A stretch of 64,000 bases of DNA, from positions 1 through 64,000 of the forward strand of contig CAWCMR010000013.1 of the NCBI GenBank assembly GCA_963796685.1, read 5' to 3'. Made by a program: the position numbers and the translations under genes. Under the pieces are notes generated by a model. That model ran no database searches. It was given only the letters and a program-made list of their open reading frames with translations, and had not been told where the DNA came from. Positions within the stretch are counted from its first letter, which is position 1, and every line of letters begins with the position of its first letter. The stretch comes from an uncultured delta proteobacterium. Lineage in GTDB: Bacteria; Myxococcota_A; Polyangia; Fen-1088. Below, in pieces: positions 14,406-26,327 of this stretch.

Positions 14406-14538
14406 GGGCGATCTACGACCAGGGATCCGGAAAGTCAAGGTAGGGGCTGGCGGCGTGTTTTCAGGCCAGGGGGGCCAATGACTTGTCCGCTTCACCGCGC
14501 CCGGGTTCTGATAATGTGTCGCCCGGAAGGGAAAGCTC

Positions 14539-15042
14539 ATGGCAACGATCACGCTCAAGGGGAACCCCATCAATACCTCCGGCAATCTGCCGCAAGTGGG
14601 CAGCCAGGCGCCGGACTTCAAGCTGGTCGGCGAGGACCTGCAGGATGTCTCGCTGGCCAACTTCAAGGGCAAGAAGAAGGTCCTCAACATCGTGCCCAGC
14701 CTGGACACGTCGGTGTGCGCCACCTCGGCGCGCAAGTTCAACGAGCGGGCGAAGGAGCTCCCGAACGCCGCCATCCTGATCGTCTCGGCGGATCTTCCCT
14801 TCGCCTCCGAGCGCTTCCGCAGCAACGAGGGCCTGACCGAAATCGTGACCCTCTCGATGATGCGTTCGCGAGATTTTGCCCGCGACTACGGCGTGCTCAT
14901 CACCACCGGGCCGCTGGCCGGCATCTGTGCTCGCGCCGTAGTGGTTCTCGACGAGAGCAACAAGGTCGTGTACACCGAGCTGGTTTCCGAAATCGCCCGC
15001 GAGCCGAACTACGAAGCGGTCCTGGCTGCGCTCAAACCATAG
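14539..15042 (+). CDS. tpx: Thiol peroxidase (atypical 2-Cys peroxiredoxin)
   Basis: [33 protein letters not shown]. Confidence 0.95.
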   Translation: MATITLKGNPINTSGNLPQVGSQAPDFKLVGEDLQDVSLANFKGKKKVLNIVPSLDTSVCATSARKFNERAKELPNAAILIVSADLPFASERFRSNEGLTEIVTLSMMRSRDFARDYGVLITTGPLAGICARAVVVLDESNKVVYTELVSEIAREPNYEAVLAALKP

Positions 15043-15050
15043 GTTGCCTC

Positions 15051-16019
15051 ATGAAAAGCAAACCTCTCTTCGTCTATCTCTCCATTCTTGGTGCCGGGTG
15101 TGGCGGCGGCGGCTCGAACCCCGACACGGGGGTCAGCGAGGCTGCCGCCAGCGCGGTGGAGGCCGCCGGTGCTACCGAGGCTGCCGGCACGGAGGACGGG
15201 GGGGGCGCGCCTTCCCCGTACTGCACATCGAAGTCGGCCTTGGCCAGCGTGACGGATCTCTCGGGCACATGGGTCATGCGCGTCGTGGGCTCACAGCACG
15301 TGACGGCGATCGGGACGAATCTCTATCCCAAGAGCGTCTTCTACATCGTGACCACAATCTCCCAGTCTGGCACCGGGATCACCGCCGACGGCCACTACTG
15401 CGATCGCACCGAGATCGACGCGCCGGGTACCTTGGTGCCGGTCATCATCCCTGACAAGTGGGCGCACACGGAGAAGCCTATCCACCGAACCGGAAGCTTC
15501 GTACCGGGGAGCGACGGGGTGTCGGTCTTGAGTTTCCCGGACAAGACCGAGGTCGCTGGCGCCGTGCTCGCCTCGGACACCGATCCCCTGCCTACCGATC
15601 CCTTGGATCCGCGTGTGATCGACGAGGACAACGACGGTTATCCGGGAATCACGGTCAAGCTGGGTGGCATCGCTCCTGGCAGCCTCTACTCCGTGCAGAA
15701 ACAGATCACCTCCGTGGTGGCGGTGCCCGTCGCCCCGGACAGGCTCGAAGGGGCGCTGACCTTCACCTCGTCTCAGGTCGTGCTGGACAGCAATCCAACG
15801 ACCCTGGCCACGCTCTACGCTCAGTCCACCACACTGCCTGACCTCACGGCCTGCGCCAGCACCTTCGCCATGGTCAGGGTTGGCGGCCTGCCCGCTGTCG
15901 ACGGTGGCGCTATCGACGCCTCCGCCATGGATGCGGGGGATATCGACGGCGGCGGGACGGGTAATAGCGCTGTCAGCTGCGCATGGGTGCGCGCCAACGA
16001 AGCGGTGCTGTTTCCGTAG
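15051..16019 (+). CDS. Hypothetical lipoprotein
   Basis: MKSKPLFVYLSILGAGC lipobox; DEDNDGYPG Ca-binding-like motif; DGG/DAG-rich tail. Confidence 0.7.
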   Translation: MKSKPLFVYLSILGAGCGGGGSNPDTGVSEAAASAVEAAGATEAAGTEDGGGAPSPYCTSKSALASVTDLSGTWVMRVVGSQHVTAIGTNLYPKSVFYIVTTISQSGTGITADGHYCDRTEIDAPGTLVPVIIPDKWAHTEKPIHRTGSFVPGSDGVSVLSFPDKTEVAGAVLASDTDPLPTDPLDPRVIDEDNDGYPGITVKLGGIAPGSLYSVQKQITSVVAVPVAPDRLEGALTFTSSQVVLDSNPTTLATLYAQSTTLPDLTACASTFAMVRVGGLPAVDGGAIDASAMDAGDIDGGGTGNSAVSCAWVRANEAVLFP

Positions 16020-16180
16020 GAGGCTGGTGTCAAACGGCTCCCGTCGCTTGGCGGGCTGCGGGCCCCGCCCGCTTCGTTGCTCGTCGGTTCAATACGTCCA
16101 GTATTCGCCCTCCTCGCGCCTCGCGGACGGGGCTCCTCGCTCCGCCAGAGTTCGGTCCGCCATTTAACACCAGCCTCCTA
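16017..16180. mobile_element. MITE family A, copy 1 (about 160 bp, terminal inverted repeats)
   Basis: TIRs TAGGAGGCTGGTGTCAAACGG / CCATTTAACACCAGCCTCCTA; inverted near-identical copy at 37980-38140. Confidence 0.85.
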
Positions 16181-17665
16181 GCGCGCGATCCTGAACGTGG
16201 CGCCGGCGCCGACCATGTATCCCGTGCTCTTCCAGCCGGGGTAGCCGGGGTTGTTGGTTTGCAATCCCGCGGCGCCAGCGGCGGGTAGCCCTGTCTGGCT
16301 ATCTGTGGCGTCGTCGGGATACTCATCCAGCACAGGATGGGCGGCGTTCGGATCCTTGGTCACTTCGCGTGGCAGGAGATACGCCCCGAAGAGGGTGACG
16401 CCGGCTTCGAGCTCGCGGCCGAAAAACTTCACCGGGCCTTCGATGCCCGCGCTGGCCACCAGGCGCGCGTTGTCGACGTAGTTGGTGCGCCCGGTCTGGT
16501 CGGGTACGGGCGAGGGAACGTAGCCGAGGTCGGCCGTGACGTGCCTGTCGCGCCAGAGGAAGCCGCCGCCGACCGCCACACTGACCGTGTTGTTCCACGT
16601 GTCGAGTGGGTGGTCGCCCTGGCGATCGGTGTATTGCGACCAGCGTTCGCCGAGGAGCTGTATGCCAATCTCCCAAGGCGCGCGGCCATCGGGCAGGCGC
16701 TGACCGGTGTAGCTTCCGCCCAGGGCGATGCGGAGTGGCTCGTCCCCCTGCGAGATGGTGTAGACCTGCTGCACGGAATTCTGTCCGGGCGGGTACGTAT
16801 AGTTCCAGAAGCGCAGATCGTTTTGGCCCTGGGTCGTGTTGGCGAAGGGCATGTGCAGGGTCGCGATCACCGAGCTGCGCGCGTTCGGGTGCAGGGTCGC
16901 GGCGAAGTATGGCTTGAACTTGCTATTGGTGTGGATATCCGGCGAGAGAAAGACGTGGCTCTGATCGGAACCGTTCGGGACATACACCGTCACCTTGGAC
17001 TCGGTGTAGATGGCCACGTCGATGCCGGCGCCCAGGGAAATCCAATCGCTGAGCTGCGAGCCGAGCGCGAACGTGACGCTGGAGACGTTGAGTCGGTCGC
17101 CGAGAAGCTCGGGGTGCAGTTGGTTGGAGAAGAACTGTTCGTGCTCGTCGGCGAAGAAGCCGTTCTGGTCCAGGAATGCCCGCACCGGAAGGAAGGCGTA
17201 GAAGCCGAAGACCAGGGCCTTGCCGGCCAGCGGGCGGACCAGTCCGATGGAGGCGTAGATGACGTCGTCATCCGCTTCGGTGTTGGAACGCGGATTCGCC
17301 AGATCCGCGGTGGCCAGCGGGCGTTCGAGGTGGAGTGACGGATCGGTCGAGAAGGTGGACGTATAGATGGAAGAAGGCACGTCGACGCCGGGAGGACGTG
17401 CTTTCAGGCGGATGCTGCTCTGGCTCGCCAGCCCGAAGAACCCGGCTTCCAGCTTTGGCGTCGCCTCGGGCAGCAGCGATGGGTTGAAGTAGGTCGTGGC
17501 CGAGCTGTGTGAAAGGACGCGCGCCATGATCTGGTGGCCGCCCATGGTGGCGCCGATGATCTCCAGGGTGCTCGATGCCCGGGCGGCAGCGGGCGCCAGC
17601 GCGGTCAGGGCCAGGCCACAGCAAAGCGCCAAGGCACGTCGCGGTAGATGCAGCGTTCGATGCAT
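16178..17665 (-). CDS. Outer-membrane beta-barrel protein, FadL/OmpP1-like
   Basis: Signal peptide (AARA), SATTYFNPSLL N-terminal plug motif, SPVPDQTGRTNYVD, C-terminal beta strand. Confidence 0.65.
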   Translation of the reverse strand: MHRTLHLPRRALALCCGLALTALAPAAARASSTLEIIGATMGGHQIMARVLSHSSATTYFNPSLLPEATPKLEAGFFGLASQSSIRLKARPPGVDVPSSIYTSTFSTDPSLHLERPLATADLANPRSNTEADDDVIYASIGLVRPLAGKALVFGFYAFLPVRAFLDQNGFFADEHEQFFSNQLHPELLGDRLNVSSVTFALGSQLSDWISLGAGIDVAIYTESKVTVYVPNGSDQSHVFLSPDIHTNSKFKPYFAATLHPNARSSVIATLHMPFANTTQGQNDLRFWNYTYPPGQNSVQQVYTISQGDEPLRIALGGSYTGQRLPDGRAPWEIGIQLLGERWSQYTDRQGDHPLDTWNNTVSVAVGGGFLWRDRHVTADLGYVPSPVPDQTGRTNYVDNARLVASAGIEGPVKFFGRELEAGVTLFGAYLLPREVTKDPNAAHPVLDEYPDDATDSQTGLPAAGAAGLQTNNPGYPGWKSTGYMVGAGATFRIAR

Positions 17666-17731
17666 GCGCGCATGATGCCACGAGCGTCGCCAATAGACGA
17701 AGGGGGCGGGATGGGGATAGTCTCGGCCATC

Positions 17732-18901
17732 GTGATTTACCGACGCTTCGGCAGGACCAACCTAGCGCTTCCCGTCTTTTCCCTGGGAGGCATGCGCTAC
17801 CAGGAATCGTGGACCCGCGGCGTGGAGACCTCGGACGCCAGCCAGAAGAACCTGGAGGCGACCCTCGACCGCGCCCTGGAGCTCGGCATCACCCACGTCG
17901 AGACCGCGCGTGGGTATGGCACCAGCGAGGCCCAGCTCGGCCCGGCCTTGGCGCGTCACCGCCGGGATCGCTTCGTGCTGCAGACCAAGCTTCGTCCCTC
18001 GCCGAATGTGAAGGAATTCGAGGCGCAGCTCGAAGAATCCTTCCAGCTGCTCAAGATCGACTACCTGGATCTGTTTGCCATGCATGGCGTGAACGACAAG
18101 GATTCGGTCGACTGGTCGCTCGCGCCGGACGGCTGCCTGGAGGTCGTCGAGCGCTGGCGCAAACAAGGGCGCATTCGCCACATCGGGTTCTCCACGCATG
18201 CGCCGCAGCCGCTGATCCTGCGCATGATCGAATCGGGCCGCTTCGACTATATCAACCTTCACTACTACTACCTGTTCCAGGACAACCTGGCGGTCCTCCG
18301 GGAGGCCCGACGCCGTGACCTGGGCGTCTTCATCATCAGTCCGTCGGACAAGGGGGGGCGCCTGTATCGTGCCTCGGCCCGTCTGCGCGCTCTGTGCGAG
18401 CCGCTCTCGCCCATGGTGTTCAACGATTTGTGGTGCCTGTCCGATACCGGCCTCCACACCCTGTCGCTGGGCGCGGCCAGGCCGTCTGACTTCGACGAGC
18501 ACCTCGAGGTGCTGCCGCTGCTGGCCGATCCCGCGCCGATCCTGCAACCCGTCGCCAGCCGTTTGGAGGCTGCCTACCGCCAAGCCCTGGGCGATGATTT
18601 CGCGCGGCGCTGGTTCGAGGGCCTGCGCGAATGGAACGAGCTGCCGGGCAAGATCAACGTGCGGCGCATTTTGTGGCTGCGCAACCTGGTGCTGGCCTAC
18701 GACCTGCTCGACTTCGCGCAAGAGCGCTACATGTCGATGAGCCCCGACGACATCTGGGTGCCCGGCGCGCGCGCAGCCGACTTCGGCGACGCCGCGATGA
18801 GCGCGGCGCTCCCCGAGTCGCCGTTCCGCGACCAGATCCCCGGCATGCTGCGCGAGGCACACAAGATGCTCTTCAATCCCAGGGTTCGCCCGCAACCGTA
18901 G
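17732..18901 (+). CDS. Aldo/keto reductase
   Basis: (V)IYRRFGRT, GITHVETARGYGTSE, LQTK, DYLDLFAMHG, GRIRHIGFSTH. Start may be 17711. Confidence 0.88.
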   Translation: MIYRRFGRTNLALPVFSLGGMRYQESWTRGVETSDASQKNLEATLDRALELGITHVETARGYGTSEAQLGPALARHRRDRFVLQTKLRPSPNVKEFEAQLEESFQLLKIDYLDLFAMHGVNDKDSVDWSLAPDGCLEVVERWRKQGRIRHIGFSTHAPQPLILRMIESGRFDYINLHYYYLFQDNLAVLREARRRDLGVFIISPSDKGGRLYRASARLRALCEPLSPMVFNDLWCLSDTGLHTLSLGAARPSDFDEHLEVLPLLADPAPILQPVASRLEAAYRQALGDDFARRWFEGLREWNELPGKINVRRILWLRNLVLAYDLLDFAQERYMSMSPDDIWVPGARAADFGDAAMSAALPESPFRDQIPGMLREAHKMLFNPRVRPQP

Positions 18902-18968
18902 GGGCGGGTTTCAAACCCTGCACGTGGACGGCCGCAACCGTAGGGGCGGGTTTCAAACCCGCCCCTAC
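18898..18968. repeat. GTAG-type REP doublet (GTAGGGGCGGGTTTCAAACCC[GCCCCTAC])
   Basis: Two copies between convergent genes; the palindrome supplies both TAG stop codons. Confidence 0.85.
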
Positions 18969-20257
18969 ACGTGGACGCGAATCAGCGAGCGCACCCCGAC
19001 CACCACCGGTAGCGCACGGATGCCCGCGACCGACCGTTGGAGATCCGCTTCGGCGACCTCGTGGGTGAAGATGACCAGCTCGACGGATTCGCCGGTGGCC
19101 TCTTTCTGCGTGACCGCGCTGATGCTGACGCCGCAGTCGCCGAAGACCTTGGTGATGGAGGCGAGCACGCCGGGCTGATCCTTGACGTCGAGGCGCAGGT
19201 AGAACTGGGTCTTGACCTCGCCCATGGGAACCACGGCTTTCTTCAGCGAGCCGAAGTTCATGCGCGGGCTGGTCCCGCCTTGGGCCTGGTGCATGGCCAG
19301 GTCGATGATGTCGCCCACGATGGCTGACGCAGTCGGCAGCTCGCCGGCGCCACGGCCGTAGAACATCACGTCGCCCACGAAGTTGCCGCGCGCAAACACG
19401 GCGTTGAACGAGTCGTTCACCGCGGCCAAGGGATGGCGCTTGGAGACCATGACGGGATGGACGCGCAGCTCGACCCGGTTGTCGTCGTGGGCCACGCCGA
19501 TGGCGAGCAGCTTGATGACGAACCCGGAGCTCTTGGCGATGGCGATGTCGCCCGCGGTGACGCCGCGGATGCCCTCGGTGTGGATCTCGCGGTAGTCGAA
19601 ATGGCTGTCGAAGGCCATGGAGGCCAGGATGGACAGCTTGTAAGCCGCATCGTGGCCATCCACGTCGGCGGTCGGGTCGGCCTCGGCATACCCCAGCCGC
19701 TGGGCCTCGCGCAGGACGTCGGCGAACTCGGCACCCTCGCGGTACATCTTGGTCAGAATGAAGTTGGTGGTCCCGTTGACGATGCCGAGCACCATCTCGA
19801 AGCGGTTGGCTGCCAGGGACTGACCAAACGCGTTGATCACCGGGATGCCGCCGCACGTGCTGGCTTCGAAGTGCAGGGTCACGTTGTGCTTGCGCGCCAG
19901 GGCGAAGAGCTCGGGACCCTTCTTGGCGATGAGCTCCTTGTTGGCCGTGACCACGTGCTTGCCCGCCGCCAGAGCAGTTTCGATGAACGACTGCGCAGGC
20001 CTCGTGCCCCCGATGACCTCGACCACCACGTCGATGTCGGGGTCGCCGAGCACGGCCTTGGCATCATCGGTAAGCATCGCGTCGGGCAAGCCGGTCGAGG
20101 CGCGCTTGGCCGGATCCAGATCCGCGGCTTTGCACAGCTCGACAATGACGCCCGTCTTGCGTTGGAGGTGCTCTTTTTGGGACATGAGCAGCTTGACGAC
20201 GCCGCCGCCGACAGTGCCGCAACCGATGACTCCGACCCCGAGGTGTGCGCTGGCCAT
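18965..20257 (-). CDS. hom: Homoserine dehydrogenase with ACT domain
   Basis: GCGTVGGG, VVTANK, GIVNGTTNFIL, GYAEADPTADVDGHDAAYK, GRGAG, DQPGVLA. Confidence 0.95.
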   Translation of the reverse strand: MASAHLGVGVIGCGTVGGGVVKLLMSQKEHLQRKTGVIVELCKAADLDPAKRASTGLPDAMLTDDAKAVLGDPDIDVVVEVIGGTRPAQSFIETALAAGKHVVTANKELIAKKGPELFALARKHNVTLHFEASTCGGIPVINAFGQSLAANRFEMVLGIVNGTTNFILTKMYREGAEFADVLREAQRLGYAEADPTADVDGHDAAYKLSILASMAFDSHFDYREIHTEGIRGVTAGDIAIAKSSGFVIKLLAIGVAHDDNRVELRVHPVMVSKRHPLAAVNDSFNAVFARGNFVGDVMFYGRGAGELPTASAIVGDIIDLAMHQAQGGTSPRMNFGSLKKAVVPMGEVKTQFYLRLDVKDQPGVLASITKVFGDCGVSISAVTQKEATGESVELVIFTHEVAEADLQRSVAGIRALPVVVGVRSLIRVHV

Positions 20258-20457
20258 GCTGGTTCTCCTAGGTGGATATTCGTTGGCCCGAGCGCTGCTT
20301 CGGGCGCTCGACCGGGGGCAAGACCTATCGCCCTTTTGCTCCAAGTTCAACCGTCGAAGTGGAAGGCTCGCCCTAGCTGCTGCGCGGGGCTGCCGGCGAT
20401 TGCGCTGGAAACTGGGCCGTGCTAAGAACGTGAAACATCATAAGGCACACCCGAACG

Positions 20458-20486
20458 AGGGCGGGCCCCCAAGCCCGCCTTTTTTT
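20458..20486 (+). promoter_or_regulatory. rimP leader hairpin (terminator-like attenuator)
   Basis: AGGGCGGGC-CCCCAA-GCCCGCCTT followed by a T run immediately before the rimP ATG; a hairpin at this position is widely conserved ahead of rimP-nusA. Confidence 0.7.
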
Positions 20487-21133
20487 ATGTCCAACGTTTC
20501 CCCCGAAAGCAAAACGACCCCGCCCGGTACGCAAGGAATGCGCAAGGAAATCGACGATCTCTGGAGGTTGATCGAGCCCCCCATCGAAGGGGCGGGCCTG
20601 GAGCTTGTCGAGTTGCAGTGGAACCGGGAGGCCGAGGGGTGGGTGATGCGCGTGTTCATCGACCGTCCGGCGGGGCCCAAGGTGCCTGGGGCGGAAGAGG
20701 GCGGCGAGTCGGTTTTCGAGCCCCTGTTCGTCAGCCACGAGGATTGCGAGCGGGTCAGCCGCGACCTCTCCGCCACGCTCGACGTCGCGGATTGCATCCA
20801 CCACGCCTACCGGTTGGAGGTGAGCTCGCCCGGCATCGACCGGCCGCTGCGCCGCGAACGTGATTTCGCCCGCTTCGCTGGGCAAGAAGCGAAGATTCGA
20901 ATGATAGACCCGGTGGAGGGGCGACGGAACTTTTCCGGCGTTCTCGCTGGCGCCTCGGAGGGACGGGTGCAGATCGATTGCGAGGGCAGGTCGTACCAAC
21001 TGCCTCTCGACCTCATCGTGCGTGCCAACCTGGTTCCCGACTGGGACGCCGAATTTCGCCGGTCAGCAGGGGAGGGCCCAGCGGTTCCCAAAGGCCGCGG
21101 TAGTGGGTCCCAATCGACACCGAGGAGTGCGTC

Positions 21134-21137
<4 letters not shown>
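20487..21137 (+). CDS. rimP: Ribosome maturation factor RimP
   Basis: [27 protein letters not shown]; first gene of the nusA operon. Confidence 0.93.
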
Positions 21138-22531
<1,394 letters not shown>

Positions 22532-22546
22532 CGGAAGAACCGAACC

Positions 22547-22855
22547 ATGCGCAAACCACCTGGGCGGACGTGCATCGGATGTCGCGCGGTTTGTCCGGCG
22601 TCCGAGTTGGTTCGTCTCATTGCCCCCGACGGCCAGGTGCGGCCGGCCCGTCGTGGTTCGGGCCAGATCGTAGACGAGTCGACCGGCAAACGAGGTCGAG
22701 GCGCCTGGGTCCATGCGCGTTGTCTGCCGGCCGCGCTCAAGGCCATGGGCAAGGCGTTTCGCCGGCAGGTCGAGATTCCGAAGGTAGATACTCTTTTGGC
22801 CCAGATGCATGTCGCATCGGGGCGGTCGATCGACGCGCAGGGTGATTCACGATGA
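22547..22855 (+). CDS. ylxR: YlxR/RnpM (DUF448) RNA-binding protein
   Basis: RTCIGCR, ELVRL, GRGAWV; located between nusA and infB. Confidence 0.85.
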   Translation: MRKPPGRTCIGCRAVCPASELVRLIAPDGQVRPARRGSGQIVDESTGKRGRGAWVHARCLPAALKAMGKAFRRQVEIPKVDTLLAQMHVASGRSIDAQGDSR

Positions 22856-25608
22856 TTGGAAGCGGATTTGATCGAAGAGATCCCGGTACCGATGGGGCCG
22901 GCGGCGCCGGCGCGAAAGTGCGTGTGTACGAGTTGGCCAAAGAATGCAATCTGGCCCCCAAGGACTTGGTGGCGAAGATTCGCGCTCTGGGCGTCGACGT
23001 GGCCAATCACATGTCCAACCTCGATGCGTCCGACGCCGAGCGCATCCGTCGCTCGATCGAGCGCGAACGCCAGGAATCGCTCGTCGAGACGCGCTTGAAC
23101 GACACGGTCATTCGGCGGCGCTCGCGCCTGCCGGGCGGCGCGGTGACGCGCCCCCAGCCCGTCACGGAGGCCGCGAAACCGGCGGTGGACACTCGCAAAG
23201 CGCCACCCGTCGAGGCACCTGCGCACGAGGCGCGGGTCGTGTATGCGGTTCCCGAGCCTACGCCCCCGCCTGTCATGGTCGAGCTGCCGCCTCCGGTCGT
23301 GGCCCACTCGGCGCCCGTGCCCGAGACCGCCGAGCCGGCGACCGCGCCGGCTCCCGCCCCCTCGGTGGAACCGCCGGTTCCCGAGCCCGTGATTTCGGTC
23401 GCGGCGCCCGAGCCTCCCCCGGTGGAGGCACAAGCGAGCGCACCCGCACCGGCACCGGCCCCCGAGCCGGAGCCCGCCGTGACGCCGCCGCCGGTTCAGG
23501 AAAGCAGGCCGGCTCCCGCGCAGGCACCGGTCATCAAGATCCCCCAGCCGGTCGTCACCGGCTCCGCAGCCACCGGCCAGTTCATCCAGCTGCCGGGCAT
23601 GCCGGGCCGGGATGGCACGATTCCCAAGATCGAAATCAAGGATCGCGACGAGGAGTTGCGCAGGCTGGGGCGGAGCGGGTTGGTTTCGCGCGGACCTGGC
23701 GGCCGGGATTGGCGCCAGCCGGGAGCTCCGGGGCAGCGACCTGGCGGACCGCCACGCAAGCGGGTCGCCGCGGCCGGCAAGAAGACCAAGCAGACCCAAA
23801 TCACCACGCCCGCCGAGCACAAGCGTGTGATCCGCATGGGCGAGAACATCGCGGTGTCGGATCTCGCGCAGAAGATGGGCGTGAAGGGCAACGAGGTCAT
23901 CAAGAAGCTTTGGGCGCTCGGCATGATGGGCGTGAACATCAACCAGAGCGTGGATCAGGACACGGCGACGCTCATCGCCAACGAGTTCGGCTACCAGATC
24001 GAGTCGACGGCCTTCCGCGAGGACGAGATCATTTCCGAGGGCCAGGTCGACAGCCCCGAGGATTTGGTGCCGCGCGCGCCCGTCATCACGGTCATGGGCC
24101 ACGTCGATCATGGCAAGACCTCGCTGCTCGACGCCATCCGCAAGGCCAACGTGGCCGCGGGAGAGGCGGGCGGCATCACCCAGCACATCGGCGCGTACAG
24201 GGTCCATACCCCGACGGGCGATGTCGTGTTCCTGGACACCCCGGGGCACGAGGCGTTCACCGCCATGCGCGCGCGCGGCGCCCAGATGACCGACATCGTG
24301 GTCATCGTCGTCGCCGCCGAGGAAGGCCCGATGCCTCAGACCATCGAGGCCATCAAGCACGCCCAGGCTGCCGAGGTGCCCATTCTCGTCGCCATCAACA
24401 AGATCGACAAGCCCGGCGCCAATCCCGCCGCGATCCGTAGCAAGTTGATGGAATACGGTCTGGTGGCCGAGGATCTGGGCGGCGAGACCATCTACGTCGA
24501 GGTGTCGGCCAAGACCAAGGTCGGCGTCGACAAGCTGCTCAAGATGCTGGCGCTGCAAGCCGAGGTGCTCGAGCTCAAGGCCAATCCCAACAAGCCGGCG
24601 CGTGGCAACGTGGTCGAGGCTCGCCTCGATCGCTCGCGCGGGGCCATCGCCACGGTGCTGGTCAAGGAAGGCACGTTGCGCCTGGGCGACCTGGTGGTCG
24701 CGGGCGAGGCCTACGGCAAGCTGCGCGCCATGCTGGGCGACAAGGGCCAGATCATCACCGAGGCGGGACCGTCGACGCCCGTCGAGCTGCTCGGTCTCGA
24801 AGGCGTGCCCGACGCGGGCGAACTGTTCAACGTCGTGGCCGACGAGAAGTCCGCCAAGTCGCTGGTCGAGCACCGCCGCGAGCTGCGCAAGCGCAAAGAG
24901 GCGAGCGCCAACACGCGCGTGTCGCTGGAGAACATCCTCGATCGCATCAAGGAAGGCGCAGTCAAGGAAGTTCGCATCGTGCTCAAGGCCGACGTGCAGG
25001 GCTCGGTCGAAGCCATCGCCAACGCGCTTCGCAACCTGTCCACGCCGACCGTCGGTGTCAGCGTGATCCAGTCGGGCGTGGGCGGTATCACCGAGTCCGA
25101 CGTAACCCTGGCCAAGGCCTCGTCGGCCATCGTCATCGGCTTCAACGTGCGCCCGGCGGGCAAGTCGCGCGCTCTCGCCGATCAAGAGGGCGTGGACATC
25201 AAGCTGTACCAGATCATCTACGACGCCATCGACGACGTGAAGAAGGCCATGGTCGGCATGTTGTCGCCGGTCATGCGCGAGAAGACCCTGGGCAAGGCCG
25301 AGGTACGCCAGGTGTTCCACATCGCCAAGGCCGGCACCGTCGCCGGCTGCACGGTCGTGGACGGCAAGATCACGCGCAAGGCCCAGGTTCGCCTGGTGCG
25401 CGATTCGGTCGTGGTCTTCACCGGGAAGCTCTCGTCCTTGCGCCGATTCAAGGAAGACGCCAGCGAGGTCACGCACGGCTATGAGTGCGGCATCACCATC
25501 GAGGGCTACGGCGACCTGAAGGAAAAGGACATCATCGAGGCCTTCGAGATCGAAACCACCGCCGCCGTGCTCGATGCGGCCATCACCGACAAGTCCGGCC
25601 GGCGCTAG
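22852..25608 (+). CDS. infB: Translation initiation factor IF-2
   Basis: [41 protein letters not shown]. Confidence 0.98.
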   Translation: MIGSGFDRRDPGTDGAGGAGAKVRVYELAKECNLAPKDLVAKIRALGVDVANHMSNLDASDAERIRRSIERERQESLVETRLNDTVIRRRSRLPGGAVTRPQPVTEAAKPAVDTRKAPPVEAPAHEARVVYAVPEPTPPPVMVELPPPVVAHSAPVPETAEPATAPAPAPSVEPPVPEPVISVAAPEPPPVEAQASAPAPAPAPEPEPAVTPPPVQESRPAPAQAPVIKIPQPVVTGSAATGQFIQLPGMPGRDGTIPKIEIKDRDEELRRLGRSGLVSRGPGGRDWRQPGAPGQRPGGPPRKRVAAAGKKTKQTQITTPAEHKRVIRMGENIAVSDLAQKMGVKGNEVIKKLWALGMMGVNINQSVDQDTATLIANEFGYQIESTAFREDEIISEGQVDSPEDLVPRAPVITVMGHVDHGKTSLLDAIRKANVAAGEAGGITQHIGAYRVHTPTGDVVFLDTPGHEAFTAMRARGAQMTDIVVIVVAAEEGPMPQTIEAIKHAQAAEVPILVAINKIDKPGANPAAIRSKLMEYGLVAEDLGGETIYVEVSAKTKVGVDKLLKMLALQAEVLELKANPNKPARGNVVEARLDRSRGAIATVLVKEGTLRLGDLVVAGEAYGKLRAMLGDKGQIITEAGPSTPVELLGLEGVPDAGELFNVVADEKSAKSLVEHRRELRKRKEASANTRVSLENILDRIKEGAVKEVRIVLKADVQGSVEAIANALRNLSTPTVGVSVIQSGVGGITESDVTLAKASSAIVIGFNVRPAGKSRALADQEGVDIKLYQIIYDAIDDVKKAMVGMLSPVMREKTLGKAEVRQVFHIAKAGTVAGCTVVDGKITRKAQVRLVRDSVVVFTGKLSSLRRFKEDASEVTHGYECGITIEGYGDLKEKDIIEAFEIETTAAVLDAAITDKSGRR

Positions 25609-25635
25609 CCCGCGTCGACCCGGCGCCGCATCGTC

Positions 25636-25959
25636 ATGACCGTGGGCATCGCGCGCCTGACCCTGTTTCTTCCCGAGGTTCACTCGCTCAAGGAAAAGCG
25701 GATGGTGCTTCGTCGGGTCAAGGATCGGGCGCAGCACAAGTTCAACCTGGCCATCGCCGAGGTGGGCGAAAACGACCTGTGGCAGCGCGCGCTCTTGGGC
25801 ATGGCCGTGGTGGGCAGCGGCCGGCGCTTCGTGGAATCGGCGCTGGACGAGGTGGTGAGGTTCGTGCGCGCCGAGGCCGAGGTCACCGATGTGGAGCGCG
25901 AGATCCAAACCTTCGGCGACAGCTTGGGCACGAATGATTTAGGATTTACCCCACGATGA
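25636..25959 (+). CDS. ylxP: DUF503 (YlxP) protein
   Basis: HSLKEKR, KFNLAIAEV..NDLWQRA. Confidence 0.88.
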   Translation: MTVGIARLTLFLPEVHSLKEKRMVLRRVKDRAQHKFNLAIAEVGENDLWQRALLGMAVVGSGRRFVESALDEVVRFVRAEAEVTDVEREIQTFGDSLGTNDLGFTPR

Positions 25960-26327
25960 CTCAGCGAACAGAACGCGTGGCCGGCGAGGTTCGGGAAATC
26001 CTCGGCGAGATCGTGGTGCGCCAGGAGATCAAGGATCCGCGCGTGCGCATCGCCGGCATCATCACCTTCACGCACGTGCGCATGTCCGGCGATCTGCGCC
26101 AGGCCAGGGCCTTCTTCACCGTTCACGGCATGGACGATGAAAGCCTGGAACGCGTGCGCCAGGGCCTGACCAGTGCCGCTCCCTTCATGCGCCGGCGCAT
26201 CGCCGAGCGATTGCGTCTCAAGAACACGCCCGCACTCGCCTTCGAGGTGGACAAGGTGTTCGAGCAAGAGGCCCATATCGACGCGCTCCTTCGCGAAGTG
26301 GGCGCCGGCCAGAAGAAACCCGATTGA
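25956..26327 (+). CDS. rbfA: Ribosome-binding factor A
   Basis: RTERVA, IKDPR, SGDLRQA, LKNTPALAF; operon context. Confidence 0.93.
   Translation: MTQRTERVAGEVREILGEIVVRQEIKDPRVRIAGIITFTHVRMSGDLRQARAFFTVHGMDDESLERVRQGLTSAAPFMRRRIAERLRLKNTPALAFEVDKVFEQEAHIDALLREVGAGQKKPD

Noticed and set aside
14478-16019. Long N-terminal extensions in the ORF track (also 7428..8924, 19833..21137, 33296..35065, 34824..36677, 44067..45941, 51550..53607, 54821..56287)
   Set aside because: The extensions overlap upstream genes. True starts were reassigned using RBS, lipobox or homology motifs.
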